Shown here: positions 18,582-27,052 of the stretch, in pieces
Layout of the letters: each line of letters opens with the position of its first letter
Numbering within the stretch: position 1 is the stretch's first letter
Origin: Minisyncoccia bacterium
Lineage (GTDB): Bacteria > Patescibacteriota > Minisyncoccia > Phycocordibacterales > DATDWN01
Direction of reading: 5' to 3'
DNA length: 64,000 bases
NCBI GenBank assembly: GCA_049297675.1
Contig: JBAQUS010000017.1
Span: 7,456-71,455, forward strand
The notes under the pieces: model-generated
Told to the model about the DNA's origin: nothing
The model's database searches: none
What the model saw: only the letters and a program-made list of their open reading frames with translations
Position numbers and translations under genes: made by a program

Positions 18582-19819
18582 CTCCAGTTAGTTTTTACAT
18601 CGAATACTACGTTAAATAGAGCTTTACCAATCCACAGTGGGGCTATAAACATATACAAGCTTAGGTAGTAAACTACATCCATACCAATATCCAGTTTACC
18701 CTCTGACATTCTTTTCGACATAAGTATCATTGTAATTGTGCCAAGTATAACTACTATTCCAACAAGAGCCATAAACTGTGTGTTTATGTAAAACCAATCG
18801 AAACTAAGCCCACTAAAGTTGAATCCAATAGTTTGGATTCTAACAAATTCACTTAAAATATTGTTTATTATGTTAACAACAGAAACAATCGAAACAAAAA
18901 GTACAGACACTACAGAAAGTGCCGCCATAGGTAAAATAATCATTCCAACGTTACCATATTCCTTCTTAAAAAACATATCTCTGTAATCACTTGCGTTTTT
19001 TATAAATCCGTATGACCACCTAACTCTTTGTTTTAGAAGTTTCCTAATGGTTTTCGGCGGGACAGTATAAACGTAAGCATTGTGAGCATGGACAATTTTC
19101 ATTCCATTTTTTTGCATACGGAGTGCAACTTCAATATCTTCTGTGTTGTGGGCATGTTTATATCCACCAAGTTTGTCGAAAACTTCTCTTCTAAATATCG
19201 AGAATGGTCCAGGAGTGATATAGATAGCTTGCATATAGTGGAACATTTTTCTGGTGAATATTCCAAACCCGTATTCAACCTTTTGTAATAATTGCAAGAA
19301 GTTCTTTGGTTCCCAAAGTTTTATTGATGGGGCAACAGCCATAACCTGCTTATCTTCAAAATAAGTAACAATCTTTTTAAGAGCATCACCCGAGACATAT
19401 GAATCAGCGTCTAAGCATCCAACCAAGTCACTCTGGCTTTTTGATAAACCTAGATTCAGTGCGGTGTATTTTCCACCATTTTCTTTTGTGTAAAGTTCAA
19501 CCTGCGTATTACTACTGAACTTCTGGACGACCCCCCATGTATTATCGGTTGATCCATCATCAATCACCATTATTTTTAATTTATTCTTAGGGTAATCGAG
19601 TTTCAGAAGAGAGTTGATGGTTTTCGATACAGTTGTTTCTTCGTTCCAGCATGGGACTATGATAGAAACTGTAGGATACTTTGCTAGCACTCTTGAGGAT
19701 AACCTCTCCTCTTCTTTTATGTTTAGTCTGTTTTCAAAATATGTGATAAGCAAAAAAACCTCAAAGTTAAGAGACAAGAATAAAAAAGCGTATGTGATTA
19801 TATTTGTGATGTCTGCCAT
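18578..19819 (-). CDS. processive family-2 glycosyltransferase (NodC / cellulose-synthase-like)
   Basis: D, DxD and QRVRW (QxxRW) motifs, plus C-terminal TM helices. Confidence 0.8.
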   Translation of the reverse strand: MADITNIITYAFLFLSLNFEVFLLITYFENRLNIKEEERLSSRVLAKYPTVSIIVPCWNEETTVSKTINSLLKLDYPKNKLKIMVIDDGSTDNTWGVVQKFSSNTQVELYTKENGGKYTALNLGLSKSQSDLVGCLDADSYVSGDALKKIVTYFEDKQVMAVAPSIKLWEPKNFLQLLQKVEYGFGIFTRKMFHYMQAIYITPGPFSIFRREVFDKLGGYKHAHNTEDIEVALRMQKNGMKIVHAHNAYVYTVPPKTIRKLLKQRVRWSYGFIKNASDYRDMFFKKEYGNVGMIILPMAALSVVSVLFVSIVSVVNIINNILSEFVRIQTIGFNFSGLSFDWFYINTQFMALVGIVVILGTITMILMSKRMSEGKLDIGMDVVYYLSLYMFIAPLWIGKALFNVVFDVKTNWR

Positions 19820-19823
19820 TTAA

Positions 19824-20966
19824 CTACCTTACTTTAGCCCCGTAGACCTTAGTGGTTGTATCTTCCAACATTTTGTGTAAAGTGTCAACCTCCTCGTTGG
19901 TTAATGTTTTGTCGAGCGACCTATAGGTGATTCTATAAGCATAACTAATATTTCCTTCGCCGAATTTTTCAGCGTTCTCGTACTTATCTATTAGGCTAAC
20001 TTCCTCGACCATATCGGGAATAGTTTCTCTGACAATATCAAAATAATCGTTTGGCACAAAAGTGTTTTTTACTACAAAAGATATGTCACGAACTACAGGA
20101 GGAAATTTGGAAACCTCAACAAACTTTTGCCCGATCTTTAGCTGTTTAGTAACTCTAGGATCCTCTGACCAAAGTAAGCGAATGTCAGGCAAACTCATAG
20201 AGGCTATGGCAAGACGCTCCATTCCGAACCCGAAAGCCCAACCGTTGTAGCCTTCCAAACCAAAATTCGATAGTACAGATTTTCTTGGAAGTCCAGAGCC
20301 AAGCATCTCAATCCATTGGTTGTTTATAAATGCTTCCATCTCGAAGCTCGGGTCAGTGTAGGGGAATGTGTGGTCATAAAATCTAAATTCTACTCCCTCT
20401 CCAAAAACACTCTTGGCTACGTCAGTTAAAATAGCTTTAAGATCATCTGGTGTGGTGTCTTTTTTCTCGTCCGGAGCAAGGAAAAGTCCACCAATTTGAT
20501 GAAAGACATTCATATGACGAGAATCGATTTCGTCCTTTCTATAAACTTTCCCGTAGCAAATTGCTCCTATGCTCTCTTTCTTAAGAATCCTCTCTTTAAT
20601 CTCTGGAAGGTTTAAATAGTAATACCAAAAAACTGTATCATGGGTTCTAAGAACATTTTTGTCATCAACGTAGTAAGTATCAGATTTACTTCTGGCAGGG
20701 TGACCTTCAGGCATATTGAAAAGGTCAAAAAGTATATCAGTTGATATAATTTCAGGAATATTAATTATATCTAAACCGTCTAGACTTTTGACCTTAAGCG
20801 TTCTCTGTACAATCTCATTTATTGGACTTCCACAAGTTCTAGAGAGGTCAGGCATTGAGAGGTATTTTCTTATTCTCGTCGCCTCAATATCACTTCGTGT
20901 TTCAAATTTCTTCAAAACTTCCTCCTGCTTTTCCGAGGAAATAAGGTATTCCTTATGGTTGGACAT
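19824..20966 (-). CDS. pheS: phenylalanine--tRNA ligase alpha subunit
   Basis: GHPAR, LRTH, class II motif 2 KVYRKDEIDSRHMNVFHQIGGL, and motif 3 FGFGMERL. Confidence 0.8.
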   Translation of the reverse strand: MSNHKEYLISSEKQEEVLKKFETRSDIEATRIRKYLSMPDLSRTCGSPINEIVQRTLKVKSLDGLDIINIPEIISTDILFDLFNMPEGHPARSKSDTYYVDDKNVLRTHDTVFWYYYLNLPEIKERILKKESIGAICYGKVYRKDEIDSRHMNVFHQIGGLFLAPDEKKDTTPDDLKAILTDVAKSVFGEGVEFRFYDHTFPYTDPSFEMEAFINNQWIEMLGSGLPRKSVLSNFGLEGYNGWAFGFGMERLAIASMSLPDIRLLWSEDPRVTKQLKIGQKFVEVSKFPPVVRDISFVVKNTFVPNDYFDIVRETIPDMVEEVSLIDKYENAEKFGEGNISYAYRITYRSLDKTLTNEEVDTLHKMLEDTTTKVYGAKVR

Positions 20967-21020
20967 ATTTGAACTATACCAAAATCCTTCCCAAATTCCA
21001 ACATAATTATCTTTTTAATC

Positions 21021-21051
21021 TACTACCCCTACATCGGAAGTAGGAGTAGTA
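21021..21051. repeat. REP family 2 palindrome TACTACCCCTAC-ATCGGAA-GTAGGAGTAGTA
   Basis: Imperfect 12-bp arms, 7 nt upstream of the RAYT-2 start. Confidence 0.75.
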
Positions 21052-21058
21052 TCTTGGC

Positions 21059-21772
21059 ATGGCAAAAAGAAGGATAAATTTCTCATTAGATGAGTTCTAT
21101 CACTTGTATAATAGAGGAAACAGTAAGCAGAAAATATTTCTTGATGAACAGGATTATGATAGGTTTACCAAACTTCTTTTTCTCTGTAACACCATAAAAA
21201 GTATTAATTATAGGGATGATATCGTTGAAAAAGAAATTGATGCATGGGATTACGATAAAGGAGAAAGTATTGTTTCGATAGGAGCATGGGTTCTAATACC
21301 CAACCACTTTCATATACTTATAACAACACCCCCCACATCGGAAGTCGGGGAGGGGTCGATAAGTTTTTTTATGAAGAAGGTTTGTATTTCATACTCAAAG
21401 TACTTTAATAAAAAGTATGAAAGAGTAGGAGGTTTATTTGAGTCGAATTTTAAGTCTTCACACATAGATGATGATAATTATCTAAAATATATTTTTTCCT
21501 ACATTCACCTTAATCCAGTAAAAAAAGTTTTTCCCAACTGGAAAAATGATGGCATTTTGGATTATGAATTAACAAAAGAGTTTCTGAACAAATATGAGTA
21601 TAGTAGTTACACGGATTATATAAATATAAAAAGAAATCAAAGTAAAATTTTATCGATTGGAGAATTTCCAGACTACTTTTCTGATACTAAATTATTTAAG
21701 GATGAAATTTTTGATTGGCTATCATATACCCCTACTTCCGATGTAGGGGACAATGATGTAGGGGACAATTAG
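21059..21772 (+). CDS. REP-associated tyrosine transposase (RAYT), copy 2
   Basis: FYHLYNRG, AWVLIPNHFHIL and YIHLNPVK motifs. Divergent from copy 1. Confidence 0.8.
   Translation: MAKRRINFSLDEFYHLYNRGNSKQKIFLDEQDYDRFTKLLFLCNTIKSINYRDDIVEKEIDAWDYDKGESIVSIGAWVLIPNHFHILITTPPTSEVGEGSISFFMKKVCISYSKYFNKKYERVGGLFESNFKSSHIDDDNYLKYIFSYIHLNPVKKVFPNWKNDGILDYELTKEFLNKYEYSSYTDYINIKRNQSKILSIGEFPDYFSDTKLFKDEIFDWLSYTPTSDVGDNDVGDN
21329..21355. repeat. REP family 2-like sequence CCCCCCACATCGGAAGTCGGGGAGGGG, in frame inside RAYT-2 (encodes PPTSEVGEG)
   Basis: Shares the ACATCGGAAGT core with the flanking REPs. Confidence 0.6.
21729..21769. repeat. REP family 2 copy in inverse orientation (CCCCTACTTCCGATGTAGGGG) plus a 15-bp tandem duplication (GATGTAGGGGACAAT x2) forming the RAYT-2 C-terminus
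   Basis: Read directly. Encodes ...TPTSDVGDNDVGDN before the stop. Confidence 0.7.
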
Positions 21773-21858
21773 CTGATAATTCATGATGATTTAGGGGGCA
21801 TTTGGAAATATAAGGGAAATTGCTTAGCTGGGAAACAAGGAAAGGAGTGATATTCATT

Positions 21859-21880
21859 CCCCCATATCGGAAGTAGGGGG
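21859..21880. repeat. REP family 2 palindrome CCCCCATATCGGAAGTAGGGGG
   Basis: 5-bp C/G arms around the ATCGGAAGT core. Confidence 0.7.
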
Positions 21881-21907
21881 TGAAGGATTTTTGTGGTGAG
21901 CAATTTT

Positions 21908-21956
21908 AAATAAACAAAACCCCGCGCAACATCCGAGTGCGAAGCACGGGGTTTGT
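21908..21956 (-). terminator. intrinsic terminator on the minus strand (CCCCGTGC...GCGCGGGG then TTTTGTTTATTT)
   Basis: GC-rich hairpin plus a U-tract, immediately downstream of the minus-strand 79-aa gene pair. Confidence 0.55.
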
Positions 21957-21978
21957 TGGCGGGGTGGGGAGGAATGGA

Positions 21979-22218
21979 CTAATCCCTATACTGCTTCCTC
22001 CACTGGGTGAGCTCTTCTTCGGTGATGCCGAGTCTCGACATCCCGTTTTTGGGAAACTCACCGAGGTACTCATCGATGTCTTTGAGGGATGCGTACCCCA
22101 ATGACTGGTTGACTTCTCTCTCACGGAGTGTGTCGACCGCTCTTGGTCCAGTCACCATGACATCCGATGGCATTGGTCCGAACATCTGATTCGCCTTGCG
22201 TTGCCAGTAGTTCGACAT
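21979..22218 (-). CDS. hypothetical protein (79 aa), second gene of a GC-rich two-gene operon
   Basis: AAGGAGGAG RBS and ~50% GC, against a ~37% background. No recognisable domain. Confidence 0.5.
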   Translation of the reverse strand: MSNYWQRKANQMFGPMPSDVMVTGPRAVDTLREREVNQSLGYASLKDIDEYLGEFPKNGMSRLGITEEELTQWRKQYRD

Positions 22219-22251
22219 CTCTCCTCCTTTGGCTTTAGCCCTGTTATGTGG

Positions 22252-22491
22252 CTATAACTTGGCAATTCGATTGTAGCTTCGAACACAGCGACGGAGCGCG
22301 GATTCAGTGTACGCTTCATCTAAGCGATTGGGGAGACGAACAATGAACAGCTCTGCACCGTCCTTGTCATTAACCTTTGTTGCATCGAATTCCCGTGCCG
22401 TGTTGACTAGCCTGTCTTCTTCGAGAGGGAAGTCATTTTCTTCGATGATTACGAGGCCTGTTTCGAATTGTCCTGCATAACCTGGGCGCAT
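22252..22491 (-). CDS. hypothetical protein (79 aa), first gene of a GC-rich two-gene operon
   Basis: AAGGAGG RBS 4 nt from the ATG and a consensus promoter upstream. No recognisable domain. Confidence 0.5.
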   Translation of the reverse strand: MRPGYAGQFETGLVIIEENDFPLEEDRLVNTAREFDATKVNDKDGAELFIVRLPNRLDEAYTESALRRCVRSYNRIAKL

Positions 22492-22514
22492 GAAACCTCC
22501 TTTTTCTAACCGAC

Positions 22515-22543
22515 ATTCTATACTGTTTACATTAACTTGTCAA
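22515..22543 (-). promoter_or_regulatory. near-consensus sigma70 promoter TTGACA-N17-TAGAAT driving the 79-aa gene pair
   Basis: -35 at 22543..22538 and -10 at 22520..22515 on the minus strand. The same hexamers are used at 61781-61808. Confidence 0.55.
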
Positions 22544-22639
22544 GGGTAATTTTGTGGCTAGGAATATTGAATAAATGCTTGTTTGTGAGAGTAGAATTTG
22601 CTATAATTATCAGGTTAAAATGACAAAAAAATAATAAAA

Positions 22640-24727
22640 ATGGCGGAGAAAGATAAAAAAGGAAAAGATAATTACGGGGCGGATGCGATACAGATTCTAG
22701 AGGGTTTGGAGCCTGTTAGAAAGCGTCCTGGAATGTACATAGGTACAACAGGCACGGATGGACTCCACCACTTAATCACTGAGATTTTTGACAACTCTCG
22801 TGACGAAGCCATGGGAGGTTTTGCAAACGAGATTGAGGTTACGCTTCTTCCTGGAAATCGTGTGAGAGTTACTGACAATGGTCGAGGTATTCCTGTTGAT
22901 ATTCACAAGCAGACAAAAGTATCAGCACTAGAAACTATCATGACCACCTTGCACGCTGGAGGAAAATTTGGTGGTGAAGGAACTGGATACAAAGTCTCTG
23001 GTGGTCTTCATGGAGTAGGAGCATCAGTTGTAAACGCCCTTTCAATTTATTGTAAAGTTACCGTTCATAAAGATGGTGGTGAATATGTTCAAGAATACTC
23101 TCAGGGAAAGAAAAAAGCGTCAGTTAAAAAAGTTGGCTCAACAAAAAGAAACGGAACTATAGTGGTCTTTGAGCCAGATCCAGCAATATTTCCTGTAATT
23201 GATTTTTCATTTAAGAGAGTGGTTGATCATTTGAGGCAACAAGCATATTTAGTAAAAGGTCTTAGAATAATAGCCAATGATGCTTCGAAGTACGAGGGAA
23301 AAATTAAGGAGGACGAAGTCTTCAATATTTCTGAATTGGAGCTCGAGATTCCGTCCATGTCTTTTTACTTTGAGGGTGGACTTCTCTCTCTTGTGAAGTT
23401 TTATAACTCATCCTACAAGCCGATACACAAAAACGTTTTCTATGTTGAGAAGAAAACAAATGAATGGGAATCGGTGGAGATTTCGCTTCAGTACGTAGAT
23501 GACATTTCTTCACGCATGATTGGTTTTGCAAACAATATTCACACTCCAGAGGGCGGAACACATATTACTGGTTTTAAAACAGCACTGACGCGCTCACTGA
23601 ACGCTTATGGTAGAAAAAATAATTTAATAAAAGAATCAGAGGATAATTTTACAGGCGAGGATGTGCTTGAGGGAATAACAGCAGTTATTTCTATAAAACT
23701 TCGGGAGATACAGTTTGAGGGACAAACAAAAGCTAAGCTCGGAACTGTGGAGGCTCAAGCTAGTGTTTCAAATGTTTTCTCTGAAAGCTTCAACGCATTT
23801 TTAGAGGAAAATCCAGATGACGCTAAAGCTATAATAAACAAAGTAGTTTTGGCCCTCAAGGCCAGAAAGGCAGCCAAGGCGGCAAAAGATTCTGTTCTGC
23901 GAAAGGGAGCACTGGAGGGTATGACACTTCCAGGAAAGCTTGCGGACTGTCAGTCAAAGTTAGCAGAGGATTCGGAACTTTTCATTGTAGAGGGAGACTC
24001 TGCAGGAGGCACTGCAAAAACTGGTCGCGACAGACGAACGCAGGCAATACTTCCGCTTCGAGGAAAAATTCTAAATATTGAGCGTGCCAGACTCGACCGT
24101 ATGCTTGAATCCGAGCAGATTAAAAACCTAGTTATAGCTCTCGGTACTGCCATAGGGGATACATTTGATATTTCCAAACTTCGTTATCACAAAATAATCA
24201 TAGCCACAGATGCTGACGTTGACGGAGCGCACATCCGCACACTTATTTTAACCCTGCTTTACAGATTCTTCAGACCACTTATAGATGGTGGGTTTGTCTA
24301 CATTGCTCAACCACCGCTTTATAAAATAAAAAAAGGTAAGGAAATTTTTTACGCATATTCAGATGAGGAAAAAAATAAAGTTGTAGGTAAGGATGTTGTA
24401 GAAGAGATAGAAGAAGTGGAAAGTGTGAAAGATGAAAGTTTGAAAGTGGAAGGGTCAATTGAAGAGTCTGAGCAAGGGGAGTCCTTGCTCAAGGGCAAAA
24501 CGAAAGATAAGAAAGTTTCGATTCAGAGGTACAAAGGTTTGGGAGAAATGAATGCTGAAGAACTTTGGGAGACAACCATGGACCCTGTAAGGCGTGTTCT
24601 AAAGCAAGTGGCAGTTGAGGACACAGTATCAGCAGACAAAGTTTTCGATATTCTTATGGGTTCAGATGTTCCTGCAAGGAAGTCGTTTATTCAATCCAAT
24701 GCCACTAAGGCAAATTTAGATGTTTAG
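22640..24727 (+). CDS. gyrB: DNA gyrase subunit B
   Basis: GHKL ATPase motifs (GLHGVGASVVNALS), a TOPRIM domain, and a C-terminal RYKGLGEMN. Confidence 0.95.
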   Translation: MAEKDKKGKDNYGADAIQILEGLEPVRKRPGMYIGTTGTDGLHHLITEIFDNSRDEAMGGFANEIEVTLLPGNRVRVTDNGRGIPVDIHKQTKVSALETIMTTLHAGGKFGGEGTGYKVSGGLHGVGASVVNALSIYCKVTVHKDGGEYVQEYSQGKKKASVKKVGSTKRNGTIVVFEPDPAIFPVIDFSFKRVVDHLRQQAYLVKGLRIIANDASKYEGKIKEDEVFNISELELEIPSMSFYFEGGLLSLVKFYNSSYKPIHKNVFYVEKKTNEWESVEISLQYVDDISSRMIGFANNIHTPEGGTHITGFKTALTRSLNAYGRKNNLIKESEDNFTGEDVLEGITAVISIKLREIQFEGQTKAKLGTVEAQASVSNVFSESFNAFLEENPDDAKAIINKVVLALKARKAAKAAKDSVLRKGALEGMTLPGKLADCQSKLAEDSELFIVEGDSAGGTAKTGRDRRTQAILPLRGKILNIERARLDRMLESEQIKNLVIALGTAIGDTFDISKLRYHKIIIATDADVDGAHIRTLILTLLYRFFRPLIDGGFVYIAQPPLYKIKKGKEIFYAYSDEEKNKVVGKDVVEEIEEVESVKDESLKVEGSIEESEQGESLLKGKTKDKKVSIQRYKGLGEMNAEELWETTMDPVRRVLKQVAVEDTVSADKVFDILMGSDVPARKSFIQSNATKANLDV

Positions 24728-24942
24728 TTCTCAAAGTGGTGATGAGAGGGTTTTGAAGGGACTACGATGGCACCAATGAAATAACCAATGAGAGCTGGCA
24801 TAAAACCTGTGACTATACCAATCAGGATATAACCTAGACGCAAAATAGTAGGGTCCATATCGTAATACTCTCCGACACCTCCTATTACACCAAAAACAAC
24901 TTTGTTTGTGTTTGATTTGTAAATTCTTTTTGTGTTAGTCAT
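24724..24942 (-). CDS. PspC-domain membrane protein
   Basis: VFGVIGGVGEYYDMDPTILRLGYIL matches the PspC-domain signature. Confidence 0.75.
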   Translation of the reverse strand: MTNTKRIYKSNTNKVVFGVIGGVGEYYDMDPTILRLGYILIGIVTGFMPALIGYFIGAIVVPSKPSHHHFEN

Positions 24943-24963
24943 GATATTTATGTTAAATAATAA

Positions 24964-25182
24964 TTAAGCACTGACAGAAACTGGAATATTGTTTGCTGAC
25001 TTCATCTCATTTTTCTGTTTGTTGGTCTTTAGTGAAACTCCAAGTATCTCAACTCCAAGAACCTTACCATTTTTATCCAAATCTGCATTAACTAGACTCG
25101 AAAGATGAACAGTTTTTTTTACTGTTCCACTTTTTACTTTTATGTAAACAGCATCTGCTGTTTTGTCGTAATTAATTTTCAT
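24964..25182 (-). CDS. DUF2283-family protein (putative antitoxin-like partner)
   Basis: MKINYDKTADAVYIK N-terminus typical of DUF2283. Overlaps the upstream DUF4258 gene. Confidence 0.7.
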   Translation of the reverse strand: MKINYDKTADAVYIKVKSGTVKKTVHLSSLVNADLDKNGKVLGVEILGVSLKTNKQKNEMKSANNIPVSVSA

Positions 25183-25390
25183 AATATGCAGTTATTATTA
25201 TATAACTCGATCCCTGAATTTTGTATATCACATCCAGAACTTTGTTGCGTACAGCAATCTTTGCGGTAATCATACCATACCTGTCTACCTTATGCACTTG
25301 GGGTGATTTAATAGCTGTTTTCACATCACTTACAGAAACACCCCTTTCTAAAAAGCGATGTTTGGCATGATGAGTAAGAATGATCTTCAT
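25172..25390 (-). CDS. DUF4258-family protein (putative toxin-like partner)
   Basis: HAKHRFLERGVS motif typical of DUF4258. 72 aa. Confidence 0.7.
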   Translation of the reverse strand: MKIILTHHAKHRFLERGVSVSDVKTAIKSPQVHKVDRYGMITAKIAVRNKVLDVIYKIQGSSYIIITAYYEN

Positions 25391-25392
25391 AA

Positions 25393-26673
25393 CTAACTCT
25401 TTGACTTGATTTCTTCAAGGAGCTTTTTTAGGAGGTCTTCTGTTGTTATTTGTCCAAGTTTTCCACTATCTCGTGACTCAAGTGTAACTACTTCAGCCTC
25501 TACTTCTTTATCACCAATAACGATCCAGTAGGGGATTTTTTCCTCTTTTGTCTTTCGAACCTTTGTCCCCAGATTTTCATCATTATCATCAATTTCAGCT
25601 CGAATCCCAGCATCTATAAGTATGTCAAAGACAGTCCTTGACATCGTATTATGACTTTCTCTTACGGGTATGATCTTAACCTGAGTTGGCGAAAGCCAAA
25701 GAGGAAAGTTGCCTCCATATTTTTCTATAAGAAAAGCCATAATTCTTTCAATTGATCCTATAGAAGATCTGTGCACAACTACAGCTTCTTTTTCCTTACC
25801 TTCATTATTTGTGTAAACCAGATTAAATCTTTTCGGCATTACGAAGTCGTACTGTACAGTGAAAGCTGTATCTTCTTTACCTCGAACATCTTTCATCTGA
25901 ATATCTATTTTTGGTCCATAAAATGCCGCCTCATCTTCAACCTCGATAAACGGAACATCTTGCTCCTTCAAAACTTGTCTAAGCGCTCCTTCAGCTTCAT
26001 CCCAGGCCTTATCATCTTTGTAATATTTTTTATCGTCTTTTCGATCTCCTAGTGAAAGTCTGTACCAGTAGTCTTCTCCCTTTTTTAGACCAAATTTATT
26101 TTGGGCGAAAGAAATTAATTCCAATGCTCCTCTGACTTCTTGTATAGCTTGATCCCTGTCAGTACATATAATATGGGCGTCAGACAAACAAAAAGATCGC
26201 GTTCTTTCTATACCTGTTAAGACTCCAGAAAGTTCGTATCGATAAAGTTTCGCAATCTCAGCAATTTTAAATGGGAGCTCCCGATAACTCCGCGGTTTTG
26301 AAAGGTAGAGTTCAAAGTGATGTGGACAAGTCATCGGTCGTAGCATGAATTCCTCACCATCAACATCAATAGGAGAATACATCGAGCTTTTGTAGTAAGG
26401 GTAGTGTCCGGATTTTTTGTATAAATCTATCTTAGCAATGTCTGGTGTGGAGACGTGTTTATACCCACGCTTTATTTCTTCTTCTATTGCAAATTTCTCA
26501 AGCTCTCTTCTTATTGTCGCGCCCTTATCTGTGTAAAGGGGAAGTCCTTTTCCTACAATGTCAGAAAAGACAAAAAGTCCCAGTTCTTTACCGATAACCC
26601 TATGATCATTTTTGTCTAATCCCACATTTTCTTTTTCATCCTCTTTTTCTTTCATATTGAAAAATAATAGCAT
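25393..26673 (-). CDS. thrS: threonine--tRNA ligase, minimal form lacking N-terminal editing domains
   Basis: ThrRS catalytic-core motifs (RPMTCPHH, HRSSIGSIER) and an anticodon-binding domain. Only 426 aa. Confidence 0.85.
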   Translation of the reverse strand: MLLFFNMKEKEDEKENVGLDKNDHRVIGKELGLFVFSDIVGKGLPLYTDKGATIRRELEKFAIEEEIKRGYKHVSTPDIAKIDLYKKSGHYPYYKSSMYSPIDVDGEEFMLRPMTCPHHFELYLSKPRSYRELPFKIAEIAKLYRYELSGVLTGIERTRSFCLSDAHIICTDRDQAIQEVRGALELISFAQNKFGLKKGEDYWYRLSLGDRKDDKKYYKDDKAWDEAEGALRQVLKEQDVPFIEVEDEAAFYGPKIDIQMKDVRGKEDTAFTVQYDFVMPKRFNLVYTNNEGKEKEAVVVHRSSIGSIERIMAFLIEKYGGNFPLWLSPTQVKIIPVRESHNTMSRTVFDILIDAGIRAEIDDNDENLGTKVRKTKEEKIPYWIVIGDKEVEAEVVTLESRDSGKLGQITTEDLLKKLLEEIKSKS

Positions 26674-26743
26674 TATTTAAAGAGCATTATATACTTGACA
26701 TATCAAGCATTTGATTTTAAGATAAATGTTGGAGGGGGTACCT

Positions 26744-26992
26744 ATGAGTTTTTCGCTTGGAAATCGAGAAAGCCTGCCAAAGTGCCGGACTTGCCAGATT
26801 CCGATTTGGCAAAAACAGGCACCAGAGCTTGATCAAAACTTGTGCCAGTCGTGTAATCTTTTTCTGACTGGTCTAAGAAAACTTGAGAGTTCTGAACTTG
26901 AGAGGCAACTCTTAAGTCGAGATTGGCAAGACGGACTCTTTGCTGTATTTTGTGAGGAATACAAAAGGAGAGGTCTGAGACTTCCACAGTAG
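26744..26992 (+). CDS. hypothetical zinc-ribbon protein (82 aa), GC-elevated cassette
   Basis: CRTC...CQSC Cys pairs, a GGAGGG RBS, and a TTGACA-N17-TAAGAT promoter upstream. Confidence 0.4.
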   Translation: MSFSLGNRESLPKCRTCQIPIWQKQAPELDQNLCQSCNLFLTGLRKLESSELERQLLSRDWQDGLFAVFCEEYKRRGLRLPQ

Positions 26993-27005
26993 TTCACATC
27001 CCGAA

Positions 27006-27052
27006 ACGCGGGGTCTGTGAGCCCCGCGTCGAGATTTACTCGGCGTTTTTTT
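27006..27052 (+). terminator. intrinsic terminator ACGCGGGG...CCCCGCGT plus T7 run
   Basis: Strong GC hairpin followed by TTTTTTT. The T-run overlaps the dnaE stop on the opposite strand. Confidence 0.55.

Larger units (their letters stand above)
21021..21880 (+). mobile_element. RAYT-REP unit 2: Y1 transposase gene with four REP family 2 copies (upstream, intragenic, C-terminal, downstream)
   Basis: The core ACATCGGAAGT / ACTTCCGATGT, flanked by C and G runs, occurs in both orientations. Confidence 0.75.

Noticed and set aside
738-24430. Identical 17-mer AGTGGAAAGTGTGAAAG in the nrdB terminator (about 737-753) and inside gyrB (about 24412-24428)
   Set aside because: It is a low-complexity purine-rich string. 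A single 17-mer coincidence in 64 kb of AT-rich DNA is not significant.
24300-24540. Acidic low-complexity stretch in GyrB (EEIEEVESVKDESLKVEGSIEESEQGE) as a possible insertion element
   Set aside because: It lies in the region before RYKGLGEMN that is known to vary in length among GyrB proteins. There is no nucleotide-level repeat or flank signature.
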